From: a virus
DNA length: 64,000 bases
Virus record (IMG/VR): IMGVR_UViG_3300044699_000112
Span: 10,234 to 74,233 of that record
Strand: one strand, 5' to 3'
In this document: one piece after another, positions 19,813 to 30,887 of the stretch
Position numbering within the stretch: the stretch's first letter is position 1
How the letters are laid out: every line of letters starts with the position of its first letter
The notes under the pieces: model-generated
Told to the model about the DNA's origin: nothing
Database searches by the model: none
What the model saw: the letters and a program-made list of their open reading frames with translations, nothing else
Position numbers and translations under genes: made by a program

Positions 19813-21399
19813 ATGGCCACCTACCCCGGCCTGAGATACGGCACACCGCCATTCGTGGATCCACGGTACAACTGGGAAGACGAGGAAGACCCTCTCGCGC
19901 TTCCTGCGCGGGCGCAGTACGGCCCTGGCGCAGGAGCCGCTCCCCCTCCCGTAGATCTGCGTAACCCGGCGGTGGAGGATACCAATCCTTTCTCGTATGC
20001 AAGGCTGGCGGCCCGGAAGTCGGAGCCGTTCCAGATGGCCCCAAAGCCCCCGATGAAACCTCCCGTTGGCGGATGGTCGAGCGGGCCTCCCCAACTGGGT
20101 GCAGCCCTGGAGGGCGCCGGTCCCCTGCCCCAAGTGCCGCAAGGCCCGATTCAGACCATGACCGGCAAGCCGCCCTCGGTCGAGGAGGACTGGATCAACC
20201 CAGGCGCCGACCCGTTCCTCACGGACTGGAATTCAGCCGCCGCGCGGCGGGACGCCCACAAAAGAGAGAAGCCGCAACTGGGCTCCAAAGAGTACGACCT
20301 CCCCGCGTGGCAGAAGGCGCTAATGGTCGGCACCAATGCCGCAGCGGGCTACGTGAATGCCGCGGGCCGTACCCGCGTCGCTCCGATCGACCAGAAGACT
20401 CTGATGCACCGGCCCAAGTACGATCAGGCGATGGATGCCTGGGAGACGGAGGGCAGGGCACTCGACTCCGAGCTCGGCAGTCTCCAGCAGCAGTATGCGC
20501 TGAAGCGCCAGGGCGAACAGGACGAGCGCGCCAACAAGCTCTCCAAGCGTCAGAATATGATCGCCGACGCGCAGATCGAAGACCTCACCGCGCGGGCCGA
20601 GCAGCGGCGGAAGGCTGCGACGGCGCCTCCTACCAAGCGGACGAATATCTACGCTGCCGATCGCTGGGGCACAATCAACACCGAGACCGGCGAGTACGTG
20701 CAGCCGCCATCCTGGGCGCAGAAGCCGCCGCCGGAGAAGAAGGAGTTCAACCAGACGCTCGAAGACGCAGCCCTCGAAGGTCTGACCGGAGCGGATCGAG
20801 CCGCGGAGGCCAAGAGACTACTGGCCATGAAGCAGGCCAAGAAGGGCGGCGGTGGTGCTGGCGGCCTGACTCCGGCACAGAAAGCCGACGACGATCGCGC
20901 CGATGCCGCCCGTGCCGCGGCGCTCGACCACCAGAACCGCCAGGAAGTGGCCAAGCTCGAAGAGGAAGAAAACTACCGGATGGGCCAGGGCGCTGATAAG
21001 GGGATCCACGAGCGCCTGGGCGAGTTAGGGCCTCTCCTGACGCCGCCCACCGACAAGGACGAGCTCAAGAACTGGACGCGCGCCGACGCGAATGTGGCCG
21101 AGTTCATCCGGCTGAACAACCGGCTCAAGAGCATCTACGGGCGCAAGCTGGAACTGAATGCGCTGAAGGGCGGCCGGGCCGAGTACGAGGCCATGATCCA
21201 GGGGATCAACAAGAACTTGGCGCGGCTGACTCAGCGCGGCGGCACTGCCGCGGAGTCCGCGGGCGCGGGCCCGACAGCCTCCCAACTAGGCACCTCCCGC
21301 GGCGCCGGGCCGACCATTCCTCAGCAGGGAGCATCGAGAGTAACGCCCGGCAAGACGCAGCAAACCCGTCCACCAATCGGTTCAATCATCACAAGGTAG
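19813..21399 (+). CDS. Internal virion / ejection protein
   Basis: Coiled-coil composition; position before the giant internal protein. Confidence 0.55.
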   Translation: MATYPGLRYGTPPFVDPRYNWEDEEDPLALPARAQYGPGAGAAPPPVDLRNPAVEDTNPFSYARLAARKSEPFQMAPKPPMKPPVGGWSSGPPQLGAALEGAGPLPQVPQGPIQTMTGKPPSVEEDWINPGADPFLTDWNSAAARRDAHKREKPQLGSKEYDLPAWQKALMVGTNAAAGYVNAAGRTRVAPIDQKTLMHRPKYDQAMDAWETEGRALDSELGSLQQQYALKRQGEQDERANKLSKRQNMIADAQIEDLTARAEQRRKAATAPPTKRTNIYAADRWGTINTETGEYVQPPSWAQKPPPEKKEFNQTLEDAALEGLTGADRAAEAKRLLAMKQAKKGGGGAGGLTPAQKADDDRADAARAAALDHQNRQEVAKLEEEENYRMGQGADKGIHERLGELGPLLTPPTDKDELKNWTRADANVAEFIRLNNRLKSIYGRKLELNALKGGRAEYEAMIQGINKNLARLTQRGGTAAESAGAGPTASQLGTSRGAGPTIPQQGASRVTPGKTQQTRPPIGSIITR

Positions 21400-21408
21400 G
21401 AGCCCGGC

Positions 21409-24400
21409 TTGGCTATAAACGCGAACTCTATCGATCGAGCTCGGCAGGCCGGTTACAACGATGCCGAGATCATCGACCACATTGCCAGCCTGAAGGGCTA
21501 CAAGGGCGTGCCCGAAGCACGCTCCGCGGGCTACTCCGACATGGAGATCCTCGGCCACCTGCGGACACTCGAAGATCCCGTCAGTACGCCGACAGTGATA
21601 CCTGGAGCGGAGAAGACCGGCACGCCCGGCATTGCCCCCACAACCCTGCCGAAGGGCCTGGGCGGCGGACCGGCCGGTTACCAGCCTCCGACCGAGGAGC
21701 CCTCGCCCTATGCACTCCCCGGCGCGGGCCTGACCGGCCGCCCCGGCATTCCGGAGGTAGAGCTCCCGGTGGGCCTCGGCGGCACCAAAGCTCCGTTCTC
21801 CACCGCCTACGATCCCTACAAGCGAGTCGGCCGCGCGCTCCCCAATCAGGTGTTCGGGGCGCCGCTGAAGACCGACGTGGGCGAGCTCGCCAAGCTCAAG
21901 GCCAAGGTGGCGCCTGGGTACTTGCCCGACGACGACACCGTTCTGCAAGGGTTCATGGGAGAGCCGAAGCCGGAGCCCCTATCCGAAGACCCAGGCTACG
22001 TAGAACGGATCCAGCACGGGCTTCGCGTAGGCTCCGAAGGAGTCGTATCGAGTGCGCTCAGCGGGGGCGAGGCCCTGGCCCGCCGCGCCGCCGTAGCACT
22101 TCCCAAGAAGTTCAAGCCTATCGCCGAAAGGGCTGAGTGGGAGCTCGCGCAGGCCAATGCCGGTAGACCGGAAATGGAGCCAATGCCGGGCTCGAGCGTC
22201 CAGGAGCTCGCTGCGGACTCCGATCTCACTCTGAACAAAGTAGGCAAGTACGCTGTGGGATCTACGGCTCAGGCGATCCCGAGCATCGGGGCCACCGTGA
22301 TTGCGTCCATGCTGCCGGGCGGCAAGATTGCCGGGCCTGCGCTTTCCTACCTGATGAGCGTGGGCGAGCTCTACGAGAACAACGTCAACAAGGGAGTCCA
22401 CCCAGACGAAGCGGCCACGATCGCTGGACTAGGCGGCGGCCCGTCCGCCGCGCTGGACTACCTGGAGCCGTTCCGCATCAAGGCGGCCCTCACGGGCAAA
22501 ACAACAAAGGCCCTCATTGAGGAGACGTACAAGAAACTGGGCATCCTGCGGCGGGCCGGTAAGGCGACGGCCGAGGGCCTTGTCGAATCCGGCACCGAGA
22601 TGGGCCAGGAGCTCATTGCGATTCTCTCTGAGTGGTACGGGACCGGGAAAGCCCCAGGCCTCAACGAGTCGCTCTGGCGGCTCGGCGAGTCTGGCGCCGG
22701 AGCGTTTGGCGCGGGCGGCATCGGCGGCGGAGTGCAGCAGGTCAGCGAGGCAAGGCACAACGCCGGTGCGCGGGCGTGGCAGGACTACCTGGAAAAGGAG
22801 AAGGCGGCCAGGGCAGGCGTCGCGCCTATGGCCCCTGGCGGCCCAGTCCCTGCCCCCGGAGCTCCCGCAGAGGCAGCGCCAGCCGAGGGGGAAGTGCCGC
22901 CGCCTGGAGCCGCGCCACCAGGAGCAGCCGCTGCGGGCCCGGCAGCCGATACGGCGCCGCCCAGGCCGCTCTTCGATAGCCCGGAGGACCTCTACCAGGA
23001 CGCGACCCAGTTTGCCGGTGGCTTCCGCCAACTCGGCGTGACCGCGCTTTCCCAGAAGTACGGCATCACCAAGGACGAGGCACATGCGATCCTCGAGCGT
23101 TTTGTTGAGGATGGCCTTTTTGCCGCTAAGCCGCTGAAGGGCGGCGGTGTCAGTTACGTGAACCTCGCGTTACAGCGCGAAGCCCGCGAGATCGACCCGG
23201 CTACCGGCCAGCGTATCCGTTCGCCGATCACCAAGAAGGGGGCCCTCGAAGAAGCAGCCGGGCAGTTCATCCCTCCAGGCGAGGGCGCGATCGCCCCCGG
23301 CGAGGGCCCGGCCGTAGAGGACGAAGAGGCTCCCCTGGCGGCCGCGCCGGTCATCGAGCAGCCGCGGACCGAGCCGCCACCACTACCCACTCAACAAGCG
23401 CCTCCGCCCGCTCAGCAAGAGGCGCCGCCCCAGGAAGCCGGGCCGCAGCCTGACCAAGCCGACCTGGACATGATCTACAGCGCCCCTTTGACCCAGGAGC
23501 AACAGGCGTGGGCCGTCGAGTTGCTGGGCCAGGGCCACTCTGTCGAAGACGCGATGGAGATCGCGCACCGCGGCGAGGAAGCTCCGGCCGCGCCAGCACC
23601 AGTCCAAGCAAAGGAGGAGGCACCACAGAGACCAGAACCACTGCCGTCAGCATCGGAGCAGGCACCTCCGCCTGCTCCGGCGGCACCAGAGGTCCAGCAG
23701 GAACCCCTGGCAGCCGCCAAGCTACCCGAGGAGCAGCAGGCGCCTGCTGCCCAGGCTCCGGCGCCCGCGGTCCAAGAACCCTTAGAAGCAGCCAAGCCGC
23801 CCGAGCAGGCCGCGGCGCCGACAGGTACGCCATTCGACCAAGCGAAAGAGCACGCTAGGGGCAATAAAGCCATCAAGGCAGATGAGCTTATCCAAGGCTT
23901 CGGCCTCACGGCAGACGAGGCCCACAACGTCCTCTGGGATTTGTACCCGGCTCGTATGCGCAAGGAGAAGGCGAAGGCCATCGCCGCCGAGAGGCGCAGC
24001 GCCACCATCGAGGCCAGGAAGGCAAAGGCTGGCCAGCCGGAGCAGAAGCCAGGGCCGACCCCAGCGCCCTGGGAGATGACTCTGGAAGAGGTAAACCAGA
24101 CCGGGTACATCGCCCGCGACGTTAACGCCGGGAACATGCCAATCGTGCGGCCCGCCACGATAGATGCTGGAACCGCGGCGTCGAACGCTTCCGAGCATAA
24201 GCGCGTAGTGGCCGAGGCAGTCGCTCAGGGTAAGCCGGTCCCGGCGAAGGTCCTGGCCGAATACCCTGACTTAGTTGCCATCGATCCGGCAGTTAAGGCC
24301 GCCATCAAGAGGCGCGAACGGGAGCGCGCAAAGGCTGCCCAGGCCGCGGCGCCCAAGACTGAACAGCAGGAGCCCTTGGCGGCGGCTAAGCCGCCCGAGC

Positions 24401-27400
24401 AGCAGCAGGCGCCACCTCCCCCAACAACCCAGGTTGCGGCCCCGTCAACTCAGGTTGAGCAGCCATTGGCTGCCGCCAAACCGATCGAGAAGGAGGCACC
24501 AAGTGGCACAGAAGCCAAAGCCGAGGAAGATTTTGCCCTCCCCGCCGGGGATGAGTCGACAGGCGGTCAAGCACTTCAACGTGGCCCAACTGGCGGCCGA
24601 GAAGGCGCGCCTGGAGGGGAAAGACGAGAAGGAGGCGTTCAAGGCCGCACTGCGGAAGCAGTGGAAGGAAAAGGCGAACTAGACTTCAGCGACGTACCTC
24701 TGAAGGCGGTCGCCAAGCCGAGCAGGGAAGGCTTCCTCGAACGGCTGAAGGCGGGCGATGTCAGGGGTATGTCGGTCGAGGTAATGGGCGCCGTCGCCAG
24801 GGGCCTCGTTAAAGCGGAGGACGCCGCGGCTCACATGGTCAAGACCTACGGCGCCAAGGCGAAGGCTTACGCCAAAGACGTTGCCGCCCAGGTCCAGGAG
24901 TGGGAGCAGAACCCGGCGCGCCTCGAAGAGATGGAGGCGTCGACCGCCCTGCCGAAGGGCAAGAACAAGACGGTTGACCCGATCACCGGCCTCGCCGTTA
25001 CCGGCTACAACAACGCCATCAAGGACCCGAGCGCCTTTGCCAAGGCGATCGCCCTGATGAACAAGTATGTGAACTTCGCCGACATTAACGAGGCGACGCC
25101 CGAGGCGACGGCCGAGAAGATGATCCAGCGGATCGTCGACAATCTGCTGTTCCTCCACGACAAGTACAAGGAGCTCGGCTTCTCCGAGCGGGCACGTCTC
25201 TGGTACGACGGCGGGCGCAAGAAGGTCCTGGCGAACGCCGAAGAGTATGGCATCAACGAATTCCAGTCCGCCGCGGTGTTAGCCGTGTTCTCGCCGGAGA
25301 AGGACTGGTTCCAGAACGTCGACATGGCGCGGCGCATGCTCGAGTGGTGGAAGAACCGCAAGACGTTGAAGTGGACTCCGCAGATGGACGCCATCTACGT
25401 CAACAAGATCCTGCCAGCCAAGAGGAATCAGGACAAGAACACCGCCAAGAAGCGCGAGGCCAAGTACCTGAAGGACCGCGCCGAGTTCCCGGCCAAGGTG
25501 GCCGAGTGGCGCAAAGCCAATCGCGAGGCGAGGCTCGCCGGGACCGCGAGACCGAAGAGGCCGAAGAGGCCGGAGCGGAAGCCGTTCGAGCCCAGCACCA
25601 AGGTCACCGATGCGCTCGCCGCCATCCAGGGCAAGGGCGCCAGCGAAATCAAGAGCACCTACCAGCAGGCCGTCTGGTTCCGGCTCTGGGACGAAGCGCA
25701 TAACAGCCGGAACTACCAGATCATCAGCCCCGAGGGCGAGTACACCGGCCTCGCCATGACCGAGGCGAAAGAGGGCAAGGTCGGCAAGGGCGGCAAGATC
25801 GGCAAGGCGAAGGAAGCTAAGCCTGCCAAGGTGGCATGGTCGAGCTACAACCCGATGGTCAAGGCCCTGATGGTCCTCAAGGACGGCTCCTTTGAGAACA
25901 TCAGCAGGCAGGTCGGCCAGCGGCACAAGGTCCGGAACTTTTACAACAACCTCCTCGACCCTGAGAACCCCAACGGACACGTCACCTCCGACACACATGC
26001 CGTAGCGGCTGGCCTGATGCGGCCGCTGGGCGGCTCGGCGCTCGAGGTCGAGCACAATCTCGGCAAGGGCGTGGCCTCGGCCCGGACCGGCGAATCGGGC
26101 ACCTACTGGATGTTCGCCGAAGCCTACCGGCGCGCCGCGCGCGAGCGCCATCTCCTGCCGCGGGAGATGCAGTCGATCACCTGGGAAGCGGTGCGCGGGC
26201 TCTACAAAAATCTGAAGAGTAAGGCCAATAAAGATCGCGTTGTCGAGATCTGGAATGAAGTGAATAGTGGTAAAATTACTCCAGGTGAAGCACGTGAAAA
26301 GATCTATAAAGAGTTCAACGGAATCGACACGCCAGCCTGGGCCGGAAGCGGAACGGGACGAGGGCGGGATACTGCAGTTGATGAGGGAAGAGGGGGCGCC
26401 AAGGACGAGGAAGGAGTTCTTCGCTTACGCCTACCCGGACCTGGATCCGGAGGAGCCTCTGTCGGTGGAGGAGGAGGCGGATCTCCCCGAGGACTTGCAG
26501 CACGAGTCAATGAGGGAATCCGAAAAGTAGGCGATGCGCTCCGCGCGAGGCATCCGGCCAGTACGAATGCCGCTATCGGCGCTTCCCTGGCTGGCTCGGA
26601 TTACACGTTCAAGACCGGCCCCGGCCAGACCGGCACGGTGTACGCAAACCCGGCGGGCATCGAGTTCATCGGCCACCTCACCAACGATCCGCATATCGGC
26701 GGAATAAACCTACCGGGCAAATCAGTCGATAACGTTCTCACCTTCATCGACAGCTTCGTCAACGGCCCGAACCCGAACCGGGCCCAGCTTGCCAAGCTGC
26801 AGCCGCTCTACGAGGGGATGGAGAAGTGGCGGCAGGCGAACCCTGGAACAGATGTCTCGCTGAACTTCGCCGTCCTCGACAATAAGCGCCCCTTCGCCTG
26901 GACCCGCCAGACCGCACGCGAAGAGCTCATCCACGGCTTCCAGCGCCTCAAGCAGGTCACCCGTGCCGCCCGCGAGACCATCCTGAAGACGCCGGTGTTT
27001 GAGAAAGCCCGCCTGGATCTGATCCGGCAGGGGTACGGTGACGACGTTGAGATCCGGCCCGGCGACACCGCCGACGAGAAGGCCCAGAAGCACTTCATCG
27101 CCTGGATGGAGATCACCGCCAAGGTGCTCTCCGGGGACACGCTGGGGCTCACCATCTCCGAGCGCGAGGACGTGGCCTATGCGTACCGGGAGGCGCTGAT
27201 CGCCGAGCATGGTGATGACGCCGTTCTCGTTTTCCGCTACCTGAAAGCCGGGTCCGTGAAGGATGTTTTCCTCGGCAAGAAGCTGCCGGGAGAGGGACTG
27301 CAGCGGGCACAGGCTGACCTGCAAGAGGGAGAGGCTGAACTGCAGCGGCTGCTGAAAGAACTACAGCAGATACTGGATGAGGAGAAGGCGAAGGGGGGTC

Positions 27401-30400
27401 CGCTGGCCGACCTCGACTTCGCCGAAGTCGACCTGCCTCACCTGACTGAGCCGGAAGGAGCCCTGAGGGCCCGCCAGCCCCAGCAGCCCCCGCAGCAGCC
27501 ACAGACCACCCAGGCCCTGGCCACCACCACCCAGCAGCAGCAAGGCCAGCAGCAGAGCCAGCAGGGGCCGCAGCAGCCGCGAGGCGCCGGGCCCGGCGGC
27601 ACCGGCCCCACTGTCGCCCAACGCTTCGACCAGACCAACGCGGCGGCGGAGCACGCGCGCCAGTCTGACGAGAAGACGCGCATGGAAAAGTTCAAGGAGG
27701 GCATGAAGTTCATTGGCACGGCCTTCACGCGGCAGTTCCACCATATCCCCGCCGGTGCACTCTATGCCGAGTTCAAGCAGAAGCTGAACTTCGTTTCGAA
27801 GAGCCAGGGCAACGCGATCCACAAGGCGGCCCAGGCCATCATCGACCAGTTAGAGAAGCTCGACCCGGACGAGTACACTCAGTTCCTCCACGTGGTCCTC
27901 TACGACGATCTGGCCGCGCGCGTGATCCAGTCGATCAAAGAGAAAAAGCCGATACTCGCCAAGGACCTGCCGTTGGGCATCCAGGATGCCCGCGAGGTCA
28001 TCAACTTCAAGACCGAGGCCCGCAACCGCGTCCGCGGCAATCCCAAGATCGTCGAGGCGCTCCGGCAGCGCAAGGCCATGTGGGACAAGATCAAGCCCGA
28101 GTACGTCGCGGCCATGCGCAGGGCTGGCGTCGACGTGTCCAAGGCCGTGGCGCGCAAGGACTACTTCCGCCATCGCGTGATCAAGCACCAGAAGGCCAAG
28201 GAACTGATCGGCGGAGGCGGCACCGGCGCCGGTCAACGCTTCAAGCTGCCCACGGCGCGTAGCTGGATGAAGAAGGCCGAGGTCAACGCGAACACCTACT
28301 CGCTCGACTACATCCGCTCGGAGTTTGAAGTGCTCTCGGAGATGATGTACGACACCGAGCGCGCCAACTTCATCGGCTGGCTCAAGAACGACTCCGGGCA
28401 CAACATCTCTTCGCAACTGAAGCGGATGGCAGCGGCGCACAACAAGGCCGAAATCATGCCGACCTTCGCCCGCATGGCGCGCCACTACAACCAGAAGAAT
28501 CCCCGCGCCCCCAGGATGACCGCCGAGATGGCCTACCAGAAGGTCATGAAGATGCGGCCGCGGGATCCAAGCTGGCGCACGCGCGTCACCAAGCGGATGG
28601 CAGGCGCCGAGTACGTGGGGAGCCTCGAGGCGGCGTATAACAAACTGACGCTGCCCAACGGCAACAAGGCGCTCGATACCCACGCCCTCTATCAGGCCAA
28701 CGAGAAGGACCACTTCTTCCTGGCCGCGACCATCCCCGATTCGCTGGCGGCGGCGATCGAGGCCAACGGCCAGGGGCGGGTCACGGCCGACAAGATCCGG
28801 AAGATCAAAGCCAAGGGCGCCCGCCAGGGGCAGATGGTGCTGCCGCGCGAAGTCATCGAGACCATGAAGGAGTTCATGCAGCCCCCGAGCACCAAGTGGG
28901 GGCAGTTTGTCGACAAGTGGAGCCGCAAGCCGCTGGCGTGGTGGAAGCAGTCCAAGCTAATCCATCCGGTGGCGGTGATCAAGTACAACCTGCGGAACCT
29001 CTCAGGCGACCTCGAGCGCGTGCTGATCACCAACCCGTACGCCCTGAAGCACGTGGGGCGGTCGATGGATGAGATTCGCAAGTTCATGAAGACCGGCCAC
29101 CCGCCGAGCCCGGAGTTCGAGGCATGGTGGGAGCGCGGCGGCATGGACGCCAACCTCCAAGTGGCCGAGATCGGCGAGGTCAACCGGCTGCAGAAGCTCG
29201 TCCACCTCAAACTGAAGGATCCGAAACTGGGGCGGACCGAGAAGGGATTCGACAAGGCTGGTAAAGCCTGGGACGCCGTATGGAATACCACGAGGAAGAT
29301 GACCGACTTCCGCGAAGGGATCCTGCGCTACGCCACGTTCCTGGAATATCAGAAGCAGATCGCGGCCAGCGGGACCGGCAAGCCGAACAACTTCGGGGCC
29401 TCGATCCGCGAGGAAGTGATGGCGCTCCGGAACATGGACGACCGGGCGTACAAACTCTCGAACGACCTGATGCTCGCCTACGACGAGGTGAGCGTGGCCG
29501 GTCAGACGCTGCGCCGTCACTTCATCCCCTTCTGGTCGTTCCAGGAGAAGAACCTCGGGGCCTACAAGCGCATGGTGGTCAACTCCTACAAGGACGGGAG
29601 GACTTCGGCGGCGATCGGCTATGCCGCGCTCGGCGCCAGCGCCTCGGCCCTGCGCGTGGGCCTCTGGACCGCGGCGAAGATCGGCAAAACCCTGACCCTG
29701 GCGATGGCGCTCAAGGCACTCACCGAGATCTGGAACAACTATGTGATGGACGACGAGGAGGAGGATCTCCCCGAGGGCGTCAAGAAGTCGACCCACCTCA
29801 TCCTGGGCCGGGACTCCAACGGCAAGGTGATCGCGTTCACACGCCTGGGCACGGCCGACGACATCCTCGAATGGGGCGGCCTCGAAGCGGCGCCCTACTA
29901 CGTCAGGGAATTCCTCAACAACCGCATGACCTACGAGGATCTGGCCAAGGAGATCGCGCTCCGGCCGTTTGGCATCCCGCTGCCAATCAAACCGGCCATC
30001 AACAAGGTTGCGCAGAGCATCCATCCGGGGATCAAGACCACCGCCGAGTACGTCAGCGGCCGCGCTTGGTTCCCGAACGTCTTCGATCAGCGCGAGATTC
30101 GCGATCGCTACGAGTACATCGCCCGCGAGCTCGGCATGACCGCCGTCTACAAGGCAGCCGCCAGGAAGCCGCAGCCGAAGTTCTGGACGCCCGAGCGGGT
30201 CCTCGACCTGATGGTCTACCGCTACGATCCCAAGGAAACGCACTACAACTCCTTCAAGTACGACAAGGTGGCCAAGTGGGGCGCCGAGCATGGCGCCGAC
30301 CCAGGAGGGGGCCTCTCGCAGAAGAAGGCGGCCGCGGCGCTCTACGACCTCCGCATGGCCGTCCGGTACAACGATGACCGGGCGCGCGATGCGGCCCTCG

Positions 30401-30645
30401 TTGCGTACGGGGAGGCGGGCGGCACCCAGCAGAACCTGAAGAAGTCGATCGAGCGGCTCCATCCGCTCGGGACGTTGAAGAAGGCTCTGTGGAAGGACTT
30501 CGAGAAGTCGCTGAGCAAACCGGAAGCCGCTCAATTGAAAAAGGCTATACAGTTCTGGGAGGAAAACTTCCACTCCAAGGTGGCGCAGATTGAAGGCGCC
30601 GCTTCCCGGCAAGGTCTGCCGGAGAAAAGAAAGCGAGGAAAGTGA
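21409..30645 (+). CDS. Giant polyvalent internal virion (ejection) protein
   Basis: 3078 aa; N-terminal tandem AR.AGY.D.EI repeats; Gly/Ala-rich membrane segments; central enzyme-like domain; LPD38-like C-terminus (RRHFIPFWSFQ). Confidence 0.75.
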   Translation: MAINANSIDRARQAGYNDAEIIDHIASLKGYKGVPEARSAGYSDMEILGHLRTLEDPVSTPTVIPGAEKTGTPGIAPTTLPKGLGGGPAGYQPPTEEPSPYALPGAGLTGRPGIPEVELPVGLGGTKAPFSTAYDPYKRVGRALPNQVFGAPLKTDVGELAKLKAKVAPGYLPDDDTVLQGFMGEPKPEPLSEDPGYVERIQHGLRVGSEGVVSSALSGGEALARRAAVALPKKFKPIAERAEWELAQANAGRPEMEPMPGSSVQELAADSDLTLNKVGKYAVGSTAQAIPSIGATVIASMLPGGKIAGPALSYLMSVGELYENNVNKGVHPDEAATIAGLGGGPSAALDYLEPFRIKAALTGKTTKALIEETYKKLGILRRAGKATAEGLVESGTEMGQELIAILSEWYGTGKAPGLNESLWRLGESGAGAFGAGGIGGGVQQVSEARHNAGARAWQDYLEKEKAARAGVAPMAPGGPVPAPGAPAEAAPAEGEVPPPGAAPPGAAAAGPAADTAPPRPLFDSPEDLYQDATQFAGGFRQLGVTALSQKYGITKDEAHAILERFVEDGLFAAKPLKGGGVSYVNLALQREAREIDPATGQRIRSPITKKGALEEAAGQFIPPGEGAIAPGEGPAVEDEEAPLAAAPVIEQPRTEPPPLPTQQAPPPAQQEAPPQEAGPQPDQADLDMIYSAPLTQEQQAWAVELLGQGHSVEDAMEIAHRGEEAPAAPAPVQAKEEAPQRPEPLPSASEQAPPPAPAAPEVQQEPLAAAKLPEEQQAPAAQAPAPAVQEPLEAAKPPEQAAAPTGTPFDQAKEHARGNKAIKADELIQGFGLTADEAHNVLWDLYPARMRKEKAKAIAAERRSATIEARKAKAGQPEQKPGPTPAPWEMTLEEVNQTGYIARDVNAGNMPIVRPATIDAGTAASNASEHKRVVAEAVAQGKPVPAKVLAEYPDLVAIDPAVKAAIKRRERERAKAAQAAAPKTEQQEPLAAAKPPEQQQAPPPPTTQVAAPSTQVEQPLAAAKPIEKEAPSGTEAKAEEDFALPAGDESTGGQALQRGPTGGREGAPGGERREGGVQGRTAEAVEGKGELDFSDVPLKAVAKPSREGFLERLKAGDVRGMSVEVMGAVARGLVKAEDAAAHMVKTYGAKAKAYAKDVAAQVQEWEQNPARLEEMEASTALPKGKNKTVDPITGLAVTGYNNAIKDPSAFAKAIALMNKYVNFADINEATPEATAEKMIQRIVDNLLFLHDKYKELGFSERARLWYDGGRKKVLANAEEYGINEFQSAAVLAVFSPEKDWFQNVDMARRMLEWWKNRKTLKWTPQMDAIYVNKILPAKRNQDKNTAKKREAKYLKDRAEFPAKVAEWRKANREARLAGTARPKRPKRPERKPFEPSTKVTDALAAIQGKGASEIKSTYQQAVWFRLWDEAHNSRNYQIISPEGEYTGLAMTEAKEGKVGKGGKIGKAKEAKPAKVAWSSYNPMVKALMVLKDGSFENISRQVGQRHKVRNFYNNLLDPENPNGHVTSDTHAVAAGLMRPLGGSALEVEHNLGKGVASARTGESGTYWMFAEAYRRAARERHLLPREMQSITWEAVRGLYKNLKSKANKDRVVEIWNEVNSGKITPGEAREKIYKEFNGIDTPAWAGSGTGRGRDTAVDEGRGGAKDEEGVLRLRLPGPGSGGASVGGGGGGSPRGLAARVNEGIRKVGDALRARHPASTNAAIGASLAGSDYTFKTGPGQTGTVYANPAGIEFIGHLTNDPHIGGINLPGKSVDNVLTFIDSFVNGPNPNRAQLAKLQPLYEGMEKWRQANPGTDVSLNFAVLDNKRPFAWTRQTAREELIHGFQRLKQVTRAARETILKTPVFEKARLDLIRQGYGDDVEIRPGDTADEKAQKHFIAWMEITAKVLSGDTLGLTISEREDVAYAYREALIAEHGDDAVLVFRYLKAGSVKDVFLGKKLPGEGLQRAQADLQEGEAELQRLLKELQQILDEEKAKGGPLADLDFAEVDLPHLTEPEGALRARQPQQPPQQPQTTQALATTTQQQQGQQQSQQGPQQPRGAGPGGTGPTVAQRFDQTNAAAEHARQSDEKTRMEKFKEGMKFIGTAFTRQFHHIPAGALYAEFKQKLNFVSKSQGNAIHKAAQAIIDQLEKLDPDEYTQFLHVVLYDDLAARVIQSIKEKKPILAKDLPLGIQDAREVINFKTEARNRVRGNPKIVEALRQRKAMWDKIKPEYVAAMRRAGVDVSKAVARKDYFRHRVIKHQKAKELIGGGGTGAGQRFKLPTARSWMKKAEVNANTYSLDYIRSEFEVLSEMMYDTERANFIGWLKNDSGHNISSQLKRMAAAHNKAEIMPTFARMARHYNQKNPRAPRMTAEMAYQKVMKMRPRDPSWRTRVTKRMAGAEYVGSLEAAYNKLTLPNGNKALDTHALYQANEKDHFFLAATIPDSLAAAIEANGQGRVTADKIRKIKAKGARQGQMVLPREVIETMKEFMQPPSTKWGQFVDKWSRKPLAWWKQSKLIHPVAVIKYNLRNLSGDLERVLITNPYALKHVGRSMDEIRKFMKTGHPPSPEFEAWWERGGMDANLQVAEIGEVNRLQKLVHLKLKDPKLGRTEKGFDKAGKAWDAVWNTTRKMTDFREGILRYATFLEYQKQIAASGTGKPNNFGASIREEVMALRNMDDRAYKLSNDLMLAYDEVSVAGQTLRRHFIPFWSFQEKNLGAYKRMVVNSYKDGRTSAAIGYAALGASASALRVGLWTAAKIGKTLTLAMALKALTEIWNNYVMDDEEEDLPEGVKKSTHLILGRDSNGKVIAFTRLGTADDILEWGGLEAAPYYVREFLNNRMTYEDLAKEIALRPFGIPLPIKPAINKVAQSIHPGIKTTAEYVSGRAWFPNVFDQREIRDRYEYIARELGMTAVYKAAARKPQPKFWTPERVLDLMVYRYDPKETHYNSFKYDKVAKWGAEHGADPGGGLSQKKAAAALYDLRMAVRYNDDRARDAALVAYGEAGGTQQNLKKSIERLHPLGTLKKALWKDFEKSLSKPEAAQLKKAIQFWEENFHSKVAQIEGAASRQGLPEKRKRGK

Positions 30646-30648
30646 AAG

Positions 30649-30879
30649 ATGGTACAAGGTCCCTACAAGCGCGTAACGGTGATCACGCCGCATGACACCA
30701 ATCCGATCAATGTGCCCTGCGAGGCCCTGATCGCCGACACCGGGGGCACCGTGAACGTCGTCGACTGGGGCGGTGTTACCTCCACGATCACACTCGCCAC
30801 GGGCGTGCCGTTTGAGTTTGCGCCGCGCATCGTAAAAACCGGGGGAGCGGCCATCGGAATCAAGGCTTTGTGCAGGTAA
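30649..30879 (+). CDS. Head spike base protein (RcGTA rcc01079-like)
   Basis: ITPHD...CEAL...GGTVNV...G...T..LATG......RI..TG..A.GI.AL matches the family pattern as I recall it. Confidence 0.6.
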   Translation: MVQGPYKRVTVITPHDTNPINVPCEALIADTGGTVNVVDWGGVTSTITLATGVPFEFAPRIVKTGGAAIGIKALCR

Positions 30880-30887
30880 GATAAGCC

